Below, piece by piece: positions 31,289-39,856 of a DNA stretch of 64,000 bases (the stretch's first letter is position 1; the number at the start of each line of letters is the position of its first letter). Below the pieces are notes generated by a model, which was not told where the DNA came from, made no database searches, and was given only the letters and a program-made list of their open reading frames with translations. A program made the position numbers and the translations under genes. This DNA is from a virus: IMG/VR virus record IMGVR_UViG_3300021960_006627, positions 1 to 64,000 of that record; one strand, written 5' to 3'.

Positions 31289-31487
31289 TATCTATATTAT
31301 ACGCTTTCTGTCCTGAATTGTCAAGAACTTTCTTGAGTGACCACGTGCCATTGCCGTTATCAGCCCAATCCAAAGTATCTCCAATTTGCCATCCAATTGA
31401 TTCAAGCATATCCGGGGGAAGTGGCAAAACCAAATTGTCCTCATCCTCCGGATCCTGCTCCACTGTTACGGTCCAAGTCTTGGACAT
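31272..31487 (-). CDS. AbrB/MazE/SpoVT-like DNA-binding protein
   Basis: LVLPLPPDMLESIGWQIGDTLDW pattern. Confidence 0.6.
   Translation of the reverse strand: MSKTWTVTVEQDPEDEDNLVLPLPPDMLESIGWQIGDTLDWADNGNGTWSLKKVLDNSGQKAYNIDNDNSN
31296..31324 (-). promoter_or_regulatory. Consensus sigma70 promoter, 7 nt before queE ATG (leaderless)
   Basis: TTGACA-17 nt-TATAAT-atagata-ATG. Confidence 0.8.
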
Positions 31488-31498
31488 GTTTCAACTCC

Positions 31499-31717
31499 TT
31501 ATTCGATGAAGTATTTTTTCAAGACTGACAGTTGATCATCATATTCCGCAATAATTTTCAACTCCTTCTCGATCGCTTCCAAAATGTCTGGATGCTCACC
31601 AACGCCCGCAGCACGTTTTAGATAGACTTCAACGTTCATTGCGTGTTTGGCAATATGACCTTCCGCATGCTGTTTAATAGCGTTGATCATATTATCTCGA
31701 TTGTATTCCTTAGCCAT
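31499..31717 (-). CDS. Hypothetical protein
   Basis: AGGAG RBS; GVGEHPDI motif. Confidence 0.6.
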   Translation of the reverse strand: MAKEYNRDNMINAIKQHAEGHIAKHAMNVEVYLKRAAGVGEHPDILEAIEKELKIIAEYDDQLSVLKKYFIE

Positions 31718-31728
31718 TGTTTTCTCCT

Positions 31729-32133
31729 TTAACACCCTTCACCATTCACAATGTCTTCTATGTCCATTTGTGATGGATCGGGTTCATTTTTTCTGTAATT
31801 GCCCTTTTCGGGTATTACGTGTCTTACTCCACCCCGAGGATCTTCCATGTCACCCTTGCGGCGTGGGATTAGATGTACGTGTGGCCACATGACTGTTTGT
31901 CCTGCTGCCTCACCGATGTTCTGCCCTAAGTTATAGGCATCACAGTATCCCCTTTGCACCCAATCGTATCCCCAGGCATATGCGGCCTTGTAACAGGCAG
32001 CAAGTTTATCCCAGGTTTCTTCCTTGGGCACAAAAAGAATGTGTCCTTCCGTTACCGGAAAACCATCCTTAAAAACGGTAAAATCTCTCGTGTCAATCAC
32101 GATGTCCGTCCAAGGTATGTCCTTAAATTCCAT
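31729..32133 (-). CDS. HIT family hydrolase
   Basis: PVTEGHILFVPK, AAGQTVMWPHVHLIPR. Confidence 0.88.
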   Translation of the reverse strand: MEFKDIPWTDIVIDTRDFTVFKDGFPVTEGHILFVPKEETWDKLAACYKAAYAWGYDWVQRGYCDAYNLGQNIGEAAGQTVMWPHVHLIPRRKGDMEDPRGGVRHVIPEKGNYRKNEPDPSQMDIEDIVNGEGC

Positions 32134-32459
32134 TATTCAGTCTCAACCTCTGCAATGTGTTCCTCGAATTCCTCATAACCATACCAAGACTTTAGGTCCT
32201 CCGCAAAGTCATCATCCTTCTTGGCCCACTGCCAAATGGCGTCCTGTTGGTCTTGTTTGAGTTCATTGAAACTGGCTCGGAAGTATCCTGCCTGCTCGGC
32301 GCTGGCTTCCTCACGAAGTTCTTCCGCTGATGCCCAATCCTCTTCCTCATCACTCTCGCTCAATTCGTCAGCCTCAACCCAACTGTCCCAAGCGGCCGAG
32401 TGTGCTTCTTCATTTAGATTGCTTATGATGCTATGAGCCTCATCCTTGCTTATTGTCAT
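32133..32459 (-). CDS. Acidic hypothetical protein
   Basis: Very Asp/Glu-rich, several Trp. Confidence 0.55.
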   Translation of the reverse strand: MTISKDEAHSIISNLNEEAHSAAWDSWVEADELSESDEEEDWASAEELREEASAEQAGYFRASFNELKQDQQDAIWQWAKKDDDFAEDLKSWYGYEEFEEHIAEVETE

Positions 32460-32604
32460 TCATGTACTCCCTTTTGTACCATTTATAAAATTCTGGATTC
32501 TCATTAAAAATTAGTGGAATTTGATCCGCTGGAACCTGCTCGGATCTAATGCAGGTTGCGAGTGCTTCCCAATCTTCCTTTCTGTAGATAACCTTGATTG
32601 CCAT
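32440..32604 (-). CDS. Small hypothetical protein (54 aa; not in ORF track)
   Basis: MAIKVIYRKEDWEALATCIRSEQVP..., fills gap between coupled genes. Confidence 0.55.
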   Translation of the reverse strand: MAIKVIYRKEDWEALATCIRSEQVPADQIPLIFNENPEFYKWYKREYMNDNKQG

Positions 32605-32835
32605 CTAAAACCCCCTACCTCTGTTTATTTGATATACCTTTGGACCGGGTGTTGTAAATTCAAAACCCATCTTGTTGCCAACATAAACTCTACCATTGTA
32701 TTCCATGTGAATCTTGTTTGTTGCTAACCAAATATCTAAAAATTGTTTTTCTTCAAATCTTTCAACTTCTGCTTCTGCTACCTTGTCATTGTCAGTGCAG
32801 GTTACGGTGCAGGTTTTATCGTATTCTGTTGGCAT
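32605..32835 (-). CDS. Hypothetical protein
   Basis: AGGAG RBS, TAATG coupling. Confidence 0.55.
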   Translation of the reverse strand: MPTEYDKTCTVTCTDNDKVAEAEVERFEEKQFLDIWLATNKIHMEYNGRVYVGNKMGFEFTTPGPKVYQINRGRGF

Positions 32836-33392
32836 TAATATTCTCCTACGTTTTCCCAAGGATAAACTAACCATACATCTTCCTCGGCTTTGTTTACTTC
32901 ATTACAATAGTACGAAACACCATCAAAATTACTTGCTAGATTTTCTGTTAATACTGCGAAACGTACATTGTCTCCCCAAATCTGATCCCATACAGGACTA
33001 TGTGATAAACAACTGCTCTTCCAATCTTGTTTAATCCAATTAAATGTTGCACCAGTATCATTAATGTCGTCTATGATAAGAATGTTCTTGCCCATTGGCG
33101 TATTTTTAAACTGTCCCATCTCCGGAGCAAATGATCCTTCGTTGTCATAACCGTAGGCATCCTCGGCCATCCAAGCATTGCTTTCTAAATGGCTTGTATC
33201 ATCACGTAGTGCAACCTTGAGTGCTTCACAACGAATGCCTGTCATATTACTAATAATAGTAGCAGGAACATTACCTCCACGTGTAATGCCCACGATGTAG
33301 TCTGGCTTCCAGTTATCCTTGTACATTTGTGTGACTATATTTACACACATTTTTTCTACGTCCTGCCATGTGTAATAAACTTTTTTAACCAT
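32835..33392 (-). CDS. Type I phosphoribosyltransferase (Gpt/Hpt-like)
   Basis: IVGITRGG, ILIIDDINDTGAT PRPP motif, WLVYPWE. Confidence 0.88.
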   Translation of the reverse strand: MVKKVYYTWQDVEKMCVNIVTQMYKDNWKPDYIVGITRGGNVPATIISNMTGIRCEALKVALRDDTSHLESNAWMAEDAYGYDNEGSFAPEMGQFKNTPMGKNILIIDDINDTGATFNWIKQDWKSSCLSHSPVWDQIWGDNVRFAVLTENLASNFDGVSYYCNEVNKAEEDVWLVYPWENVGEY

Positions 33393-33693
33393 TTTGCTCC
33401 CCTAGAGTAAAATCAATTTTCTTTACATTTGCCCAGAGGAAACTTCTCCAGCCCTTGGCATTAACATCATAAACAGCCAATGACGTAGGAACTTTATCTT
33501 CCTTTTTATCTTCTGTTACCTGGGTCTTGGGATGAAACTCTTTTGGTATTAGATCAAAGTTAAGAGTGGAATTCATTTTTCTTTCCTCGCCATCCTTTTT
33601 AGTAAAGGTAACAACTACTTCCTGCTTCCTTAGAAGACCCAATAACCAATCACGTCCCTCAGGCGTGTCTATTTCATTATGTGTTTCTTGCAT
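33385..33693 (-). CDS. WYL_2/SH3-like barrel protein
   Basis: VTFTKKDGEERKM..TL...YDVNAKGWRSF. Confidence 0.7.
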   Translation of the reverse strand: MQETHNEIDTPEGRDWLLGLLRKQEVVVTFTKKDGEERKMNSTLNFDLIPKEFHPKTQVTEDKKEDKVPTSLAVYDVNAKGWRSFLWANVKKIDFTLGEQNG

Positions 33694-34174
33694 TCAAATA
33701 TTCCTCATTGTGTATCCACTTGTAACCACGGTCCATGTCTTCTGTATCGACGTATGGAAGGAATCCCCATTCCTTCTTTTTCTTGCCCATGAAGAACAGG
33801 CTCCAGCACGGAATCTCATTTCCCGCTTCATCCTTCTCCAGTTCAAGCCAGTGTAGATCATCTGCTGATCTAATGCGGAAGTGTCCAGGACCTCTCCATA
33901 CTCTGGTGCTGCCTATCACGCCTCCCGTTGTTTCGTTGGTTAGTGGAATGTGTTCCCAGTATCCACCCTTTAGTATCAGTGTTGCATATCCCCAGGGATG
34001 ATCGTGTAGCACGGGTTCATCACTTACCATTACCTTGTGAAGGGTAATGTTGAAAGGAAAACGATTCCTGTCCTTTAAAAAAACATAATAGCGGTCAAGA
34101 TAGGGTATCTTGCCGTCTCTGTCATATATGGTTCGCTTGCGACCAATCTTATCAAGCAGTTTCAAAAACATCAA
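33677..34174 (-). CDS. Cupin-like hypothetical protein
   Basis: LHDHPW, ILKGGYWE, HWLEL. Confidence 0.55.
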   Translation of the reverse strand: MMFLKLLDKIGRKRTIYDRDGKIPYLDRYYVFLKDRNRFPFNITLHKVMVSDEPVLHDHPWGYATLILKGGYWEHIPLTNETTGGVIGSTRVWRGPGHFRIRSADDLHWLELEKDEAGNEIPCWSLFFMGKKKKEWGFLPYVDTEDMDRGYKWIHNEEYLNARNT

Positions 34175-34586
34175 TGCCTCTTTCTTTTAGATAGCGTTTC
34201 AGTTCCTTGTCCGTGGGCTGAACGCCATAGTTTTGCTTGAAAAATATCTCGTAACTATCACTGCCATACTTTCCAATGCCATATAACATTGTAGCATCAT
34301 TTCCGTCCCATGTCAAGTAGTCTTGTGACATTTGGCGCAGAGCACGTTCTCGCCTGTTATAAAAGCCCAATTCTCGTATGATTTCTATCACCTGTTCTGG
34401 TGTGCTTTTTAGGAACTTTCGTGGAGTATTCCATTTGGATAGGAATTTTGGAAGCACTCGCTTTACCTGCACTCGATCAGTTTGGTTGAGCATGATCACT
34501 CCAACCATGTGCTGCCAGGCGCCATCAATCTGTTCCTGCACCATTAGATCATCACGCAAGGGTTTTCCAGGGCTGAACTTTCGCAT
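34152..34586 (-). CDS. MBD4-like HhH-GPD DNA glycosylase
   Basis: IMLNQT, LGFYNRR, LYGIGKYGSDSY HhH motif, PTDKEL acidic residue. Confidence 0.8.
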   Translation of the reverse strand: MRKFSPGKPLRDDLMVQEQIDGAWQHMVGVIMLNQTDRVQVKRVLPKFLSKWNTPRKFLKSTPEQVIEIIRELGFYNRRERALRQMSQDYLTWDGNDATMLYGIGKYGSDSYEIFFKQNYGVQPTDKELKRYLKERGIDVFETA

Positions 34587-34749
34587 ATACTTCCTTCACT
34601 CTCTTGTTATACTCGTCCTCGTTAACAGCAAGATTATTTAGGTGCTGTTTCCAAATCCTCTTCATATCGTCCGATATGTTCGGAGTTGCAAGTATTAGTT
34701 TTAGATTCTTACAACGCTTCTGCTGTAGTTCTTCCGAATAAGGTCCCAT
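34552..34749 (-). CDS. Hypothetical protein
   Basis: Coupled ORF. Confidence 0.45.
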   Translation of the reverse strand: MGPYSEELQQKRCKNLKLILATPNISDDMKRIWKQHLNNLAVNEDEYNKRVKEVYAKVQPWKTLA

Positions 34750-34945
34750 AGTCTATTCCTTTCATTGGACAGTGCTTTCTGCTCAGCCTTACCTTGTGAG
34801 GAGTAAGGTCATGTAGTGTGGTCATATCGACTAACTTAATACCACGCAAATTATACATCAGTGCTTCGTTGGGTGTTAGAATCTTGATGTCCGTTTGTGT
34901 CTTCTGTGGTTGAACGGCATACACTCGTTCTTGGTTAAGATTCAT
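34709..34945 (-). CDS. Hypothetical protein
   Basis: TAATG coupling. Confidence 0.4.
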   Translation of the reverse strand: MNLNQERVYAVQPQKTQTDIKILTPNEALMYNLRGIKLVDMTTLHDLTPHKVRLSRKHCPMKGIDYGTLFGRTTAEAL

Positions 34946-35136
34946 TATACCAACTCCTCTGCAATGCCTAGTATTTCAGCCGCAGCAAGAGCCAGTGCAA
35001 GTAATACTATTGAACCCGTATAGACTGCAACCAAACAACCTATCAGTCTTAAGCCGCTTTTAATTAAACTTACATAAAAATGTCCCTTGCCTGGATCTTT
35101 GGCTGCTGGAACATATACTCTTTCTGGTATTGGCAT
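34945..35136 (-). CDS. Small membrane protein
   Basis: AGGAG RBS; hydrophobic C-terminal half. Confidence 0.6.
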   Translation of the reverse strand: MPIPERVYVPAAKDPGKGHFYVSLIKSGLRLIGCLVAVYTGSIVLLALALAAAEILGIAEELV

Positions 35137-35147
35137 ATTTAATCTCC

Positions 35148-35834
35148 TTATCTTGGTGCAAACTCTTGTTGCAATTTAATATTGTCCATGAACTCTTTCT
35201 TAGTTCCTGGATCATCCTTGAAACTGCCTTCCAACACGGTTGTCTGCGTTAGACTGCTGTGTGCCATGATGCCTCTATTCTCACAGCAACCATGCGTTGC
35301 TTGAATATACACACCAATGTTCTTTGAGTTCGTTGCTTTCTTAATTTCACGTGCAATGTCATTGCACAGTTCTTCCTGTAAGGTTCCACGCCTTGCACAC
35401 CACTGTGCGATACGTGTGTATTTAGAAAGTCCAATTACCTTGCCATTTGGAATAATACCAATGTATGCCACGCCTGTTACTGGTTGATGATGATGCGAAC
35501 AAACACTCTTTAGTTCGCTTCTTACAACCAACATGCCCGTGTAAGCATCTTCACCTTCGTTTGGAAATGCTGTTGCCGTAGGAATCTTATCATAACGACC
35601 CTGCATTAGTTCATTGTAATACATTTTAGCAAGGCGTTTAGCAGTACCGTGGCTGTTAGGATCAGTTGCCCTATCAATGATAAGACTGTCCAAAACACCC
35701 TCAAACTTTTCCGCGGCTTCCTCGATTAGTTTTTCTTTTTCGCCAGCATAGATGAATTCACTAATATTATCGCCGGCCCAGTAACGCTTGTTAGCGTCCT
35801 TAATTCTGCGTGTTACTTCTTCGTATTTTTTCAA
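35148..35834 (-). CDS. folE: GTP cyclohydrolase I
   Basis: SVCSHHHQP, IGLSKYTRI, LQEEL, HGCCENRG. Confidence 0.95.
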   Translation of the reverse strand: MKKYEEVTRRIKDANKRYWAGDNISEFIYAGEKEKLIEEAAEKFEGVLDSLIIDRATDPNSHGTAKRLAKMYYNELMQGRYDKIPTATAFPNEGEDAYTGMLVVRSELKSVCSHHHQPVTGVAYIGIIPNGKVIGLSKYTRIAQWCARRGTLQEELCNDIAREIKKATNSKNIGVYIQATHGCCENRGIMAHSSLTQTTVLEGSFKDDPGTKKEFMDNIKLQQEFAPR

Positions 35835-35874
35835 TTTGTGTCTCCGATGTTAAGGCAGTGGATTGCCATTGTTG

Positions 35875-36915
35875 TTATTTTAAAACCTTTAGTAGATTTC
35901 CGCAACCGAAATAATCTCCATTCAGTTTATACACCTGTTTATTTAGGCTTACGAGATAATCCTTGTAATTTTCCATATAATCAACAATCTTGTCCATTAC
36001 TTGTTTCTTGTGCTTCTTGTAAGATTCCATTGATTCAGTCCATTCTGATGGATACTTGAATCTATCAAGTGCCATCTCACTGTAACTCAATCTGTCCGGA
36101 ACCATGGGCAATGCTCCTACCAGAGCACCCTCATACCAACTAATGCCCAGCGTTTCTTGTAGGTTCGCACTAAACACAAGTTTCGCCTCTCCCAGCAGGT
36201 TGTGGTATTCGTTCTTTGTTAGTGGCCTTTCCTGGCACACCACAAAGTTGTATTGTGGTAAGGATTCTTTTAGATCCTGGAATATGGGCAGTTGCTTTTC
36301 TGGAGCAATTCTGTGCGGAAATAGCACAGTATTAGTTTTCTTCATGCCCTTGTACATTGTGAGTGTTTGATCCATGTATTCAAATGGCCATCCCGTTCTT
36401 ACTACTTTGCTTCTGTCCAATTCTGGAAATGATTCAAAGAACATGTCGATGTGGAATTCACTTGCGAAGAAATTATGATCAAAGCATTCATACATGCTTC
36501 TTTCTGCATTTCTTACCCAAGGTTTATCACCTATAAGCCTGCCAAGGAAATCAGCAGGATCGTAACTACCAGCGTGCCAAAGACCACCGATTCTAATGTT
36601 AATGCCCAGTAACTCAGCCATGTATTTAAGTTGGATAACAGTCGGGTTCCAAGCGTCCGTATATAGGAAATAATCTCCATCCTTCACTTCTCCTTTGCAG
36701 AATGCTTCCGCGATCTGCATCAATTGGTTTGATTTATAAACATTGGTTCCACCAAAGTTGAGGAACGCCCCGGGCGTTGTTGCCTGAGGCGTATCCCCAC
36801 CATTTAATACTCTAACGGTATGGCCGTGAGCCTTCAGCAGTTTGGGAAATTCAGTCTTCCACTGTTTTGTGTAGCGTGTTTCTACTGCTTCGAGATCAAC
36901 CAACCATACATTCAT
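35875..36915 (-). CDS. GT-B (GT4-like) glycosyltransferase
   Basis: FPHRIAPEK, SANLQETLGISWYEG (E-x7-E), PMVPDRLSYSE. Confidence 0.8.
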   Translation of the reverse strand: MNVWLVDLEAVETRYTKQWKTEFPKLLKAHGHTVRVLNGGDTPQATTPGAFLNFGGTNVYKSNQLMQIAEAFCKGEVKDGDYFLYTDAWNPTVIQLKYMAELLGINIRIGGLWHAGSYDPADFLGRLIGDKPWVRNAERSMYECFDHNFFASEFHIDMFFESFPELDRSKVVRTGWPFEYMDQTLTMYKGMKKTNTVLFPHRIAPEKQLPIFQDLKESLPQYNFVVCQERPLTKNEYHNLLGEAKLVFSANLQETLGISWYEGALVGALPMVPDRLSYSEMALDRFKYPSEWTESMESYKKHKKQVMDKIVDYMENYKDYLVSLNKQVYKLNGDYFGCGNLLKVLK

Positions 36916-37118
36916 TAGTTCTTCCTTTTAAATTTTTTATTCTTTCGATTGCGGTTACTGTACATTCTCCACGCATAACTTGCGTTGTTGTAGAGATCCT
37001 TTTCATTGAAAGGAAGTAAGTTACCGCGGTTGTCAAGATTGAAACGACAGAAGTCCTTAAAACGCTCAAGATCGTTAAAAACTTTATCGTAGGCTTCACG
37101 ATTGAATTGAATAGCCAT
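36915..37118 (-). CDS. Hypothetical protein
   Basis: RBS; TAATG coupling to the glycosyltransferase. Confidence 0.6.
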   Translation of the reverse strand: MAIQFNREAYDKVFNDLERFKDFCRFNLDNRGNLLPFNEKDLYNNASYAWRMYSNRNRKNKKFKRKN

Positions 37119-37133
37119 TTTATTTCACCTTTA

Positions 37134-37574
37134 TTACTTTGCATACTCAATGTGGGCACCGTTTTCTCCATCTTCACTTACGTCAATATGGACTTCACGG
37201 CCTGGGTGTTTGGCAATGATCTGTTCATACAAATCATCTGCCATCATTTCACAACTCTTATAATCTAACTCAAGTGTCTTCTCCTGATACAGTTTTTCTA
37301 ACCAACGTTTAAATTGAATAAACTCAATATCTCTGTCGTTGTGTGTTACAGTGATACCGACCTTAAAATGGAATATGTGTCTGTGGGGATAACCCAAGAA
37401 CGAAACATCATATTCATCACCTGTTGCAAGACTGGGATCATCCAGTGCCGCAGGATACTTGTGGATACCTTCCTTGCGGAACGTAACCCAAATCATTCTC
37501 TTTGCCGTATTCATGATACGTCTGTGATTGTCTTCTGCCATTGCTTCTTTCATCATTTCATCAGTTATGCTCAT
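37134..37574 (-). CDS. QueD-like T-fold protein (DpdL-like)
   Basis: EGIH, LGYPHRHIF, DRDIEF, SCEMMA, VSEDGENGA; lacks canonical QueD CxxxHGH. Confidence 0.7.
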   Translation of the reverse strand: MSITDEMMKEAMAEDNHRRIMNTAKRMIWVTFRKEGIHKYPAALDDPSLATGDEYDVSFLGYPHRHIFHFKVGITVTHNDRDIEFIQFKRWLEKLYQEKTLELDYKSCEMMADDLYEQIIAKHPGREVHIDVSEDGENGAHIEYAK

Positions 37575-37592
37575 AGTATAGCGCCTTTTCTG

Positions 37593-38123
37593 TTAGTTGT
37601 CATCCACAATCTTATCGTTTTTGTATTCATTCCATTCCGTAAATTTGGAACGGTCCATCAAGTCATGTAGGCTGTGGCACCATACACCTGGATTGGTTGC
37701 TTCAAAACCCTTGTCATCAATTTTGAGCATTGTGTTATAGTTCCAAAGTTTTATGTAAGGTATTGGAACCCTAATCTGTGGAATGAATCTATCATACTCA
37801 ACCAATGGTCCTTCGAGAAACTCCCCGGCAGCATTGATTGGAATATCCAAACTGCAAAACAAATCATCCTTGAGAAATGGTTCAATCATCTTTTCCCATT
37901 CCTCATAATAGTCCGCACTGTGATTCTGTGAAGCAGGATCGAAACTGTGATTGGCACCAAAGAAGATGTGTTTAACATCCTGTGCATGATCCCTAATGAT
38001 GCTCGGATCATTTAGACCCGTAACGAATAGAGTTTGCATTCCGTGTGCAGGAGTTTTTTCAACTTCTACACCTGTAAAAAATCCTACGTCACTTGCACTA
38101 CCAGTTTCATAATCACGTTGCAT
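37593..38123 (-). CDS. Hypothetical protein in deazaguanine cluster
   Basis: FTGVEVE, HIFFGAN, KIDDKGFEATNPGVWCH. Confidence 0.65.
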   Translation of the reverse strand: MQRDYETGSASDVGFFTGVEVEKTPAHGMQTLFVTGLNDPSIIRDHAQDVKHIFFGANHSFDPASQNHSADYYEEWEKMIEPFLKDDLFCSLDIPINAAGEFLEGPLVEYDRFIPQIRVPIPYIKLWNYNTMLKIDDKGFEATNPGVWCHSLHDLMDRSKFTEWNEYKNDKIVDDN

Positions 38124-38299
38124 TATGCGTGTTCCTTCTCCAGTTTCTCGATTTCATCCTTCATCTTGAGTCGATCTCGTTTCATTTCGGAAATTTCCTC
38201 ATCAGTAAATTTACCGGTCTTCTCCATAGTATCGATCTTCTTATTTAGGTATTGGTGTGTTTCCCTTAACCATTTCAGCCTTTGTGTATAGTCACCCAT
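38123..38299 (-). CDS. DUF465/YdcH-like small coiled-coil protein
   Basis: L..L...H..L...I...MKRDRLKMKDEI. Confidence 0.6.
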   Translation of the reverse strand: MGDYTQRLKWLRETHQYLNKKIDTMEKTGKFTDEEISEMKRDRLKMKDEIEKLEKEHA

Positions 38300-38300
38300 A

Positions 38301-39848
38301 TCACGCCTCCTGTAGTTGTTTCTCCAATTTGTCCAACTCGCCATCTTCTCGATCATCTGACCAAGGCGTTTTCTCTTCTCCATCGTTGTCTACCTCCACG
38401 AACATCCTGTTAAATTCGTTAGTAACACCACCACGCAGCCTTGCACCTTCGAGATCCTTAAGGAAACTGTCTGCTAGTTTAATCATAGCAAATGCTTCAT
38501 CCTTGGTCTTGCACTCAAACAGTTCTTCTACGAATCTATCAAAGTATAGGATGTTGCGTGGCACCCAATCACTGTATTCATCACTCTTGTCTGCTTCTTT
38601 AACTTTTCTCCAACGTCTCCAGTCTGGACGTTCTTTAGCCAATTCAATATCAGTTAAGTTATTAGCACGTTGAACAGCAACAATGTGTTGATAAACATTG
38701 TGTGCCATCATAAGTGCATAACCAAAACTATCCCACGATGTTTTTCCTTCCTTACCGATCTTGTTAAGCATTCCTGGCGCATAGTGGCATATGTCCGCGA
38801 TGCTAAGGCGTCTGCCAATTTCGCTTTCGAACGGGAAAGGAATATCATGCCGCTTGGCAAGACTCTTATTATCAGGGGCCTTGTCCATAATAACTGACCA
38901 ACGCTTACTTGTGTGTTGGGAGTTAGTATATACCAACCCGTGTGCTGTAGCAATAAAAGGACTTGCGCAGTCGAAACTGATTGTAAAGTTTTCATTGATG
39001 TGTTTGCGAACCTGTCTTTGAATTGAAGTTAAGTAGCATGACCAATCAAGTTGTGCCGTGCCTAGGAAGTGCATCCAGTCCTTGCCTTCCAGCATGCCAT
39101 CAAACTTCATAGTCATTAAGCGTCTTAGTGTAATTGGCATCTTGCACATGTTAGCACCACCCATAGCCCAACCTTCGCAGGCCTTGTCCTTCCATATCTT
39201 AGGATCGGAGAATTCTTTAACACCTTCATACCACTTCTCAGCGGTATCCCAGTCTGAACCCTGTAATACGTTTAGGAATTTAGTAGCACCAAGTCTGCGC
39301 TCTAGCCAATACTTGTTGTTAAAACGTGTCTTGTCCAAGCAGTCCTCAAAACTCTTTAGTCCTGTCTTAGGCGAATGAATGTGGTCACATGCCCAAGTCG
39401 GAACGTCAAGTAGCATTGACCAATCTGCTGTTAGTTCAAGCCAATTAAGAATATCATCTCTAACCTTATTAGCAGCCGCACCTTCAAAGTTTAGCCAATC
39501 AAACTTAAGAACACCCTTACCAACCTGATATCCACCCGAGTCACCAAGTATCATGGTCTTTCCTCTATCTCGACTCTGTACCATTGCATCCTGATCCATT
39601 GTCTTATCAAGATTTAATTGTGCGTGTCCTGCTGAATACAATCCATACTTGTATGTAAAGTATCCTTCTTCTTCATTTAAAAAGTTCATACCTTCGATGC
39701 CGCGATCAAAACCCTGCGGAATACGTTCTTTAGGAACAAACTCTTCCTTACGTTGTTTAGCAATATAAGTGCTGAAGAAAGAACTAATAGCAGGCAAATA
39801 CACTGCGTAGTCTTTCTGTAATGGTGTTAGATTGACTGGTTTTTTCAT
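38301..39848 (-). CDS. dpdA: tRNA-guanine transglycosylase-fold protein (DpdA-like)
   Basis: GDSGGYQ, LDVP, LNVLQG, HFLG, ISFDCAS; context with folE/queE. Confidence 0.75.
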   Translation of the reverse strand: MKKPVNLTPLQKDYAVYLPAISSFFSTYIAKQRKEEFVPKERIPQGFDRGIEGMNFLNEEEGYFTYKYGLYSAGHAQLNLDKTMDQDAMVQSRDRGKTMILGDSGGYQVGKGVLKFDWLNFEGAAANKVRDDILNWLELTADWSMLLDVPTWACDHIHSPKTGLKSFEDCLDKTRFNNKYWLERRLGATKFLNVLQGSDWDTAEKWYEGVKEFSDPKIWKDKACEGWAMGGANMCKMPITLRRLMTMKFDGMLEGKDWMHFLGTAQLDWSCYLTSIQRQVRKHINENFTISFDCASPFIATAHGLVYTNSQHTSKRWSVIMDKAPDNKSLAKRHDIPFPFESEIGRRLSIADICHYAPGMLNKIGKEGKTSWDSFGYALMMAHNVYQHIVAVQRANNLTDIELAKERPDWRRWRKVKEADKSDEYSDWVPRNILYFDRFVEELFECKTKDEAFAMIKLADSFLKDLEGARLRGGVTNEFNRMFVEVDNDGEEKTPWSDDREDGELDKLEKQLQEA

Positions 39849-39856
39849 AACTTTAT

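Noticed and set aside
31272-31717. AbrB-like gene as part of a toxin-antitoxin pair
   Set aside because: No recognisable toxin adjacent.
37575-37603. ATGACA-17-TATACT promoter-like sequence before the T-fold gene
   Set aside because: The -10 abuts the annotated ATG, so promoter and start cannot both be right; not resolvable from sequence.
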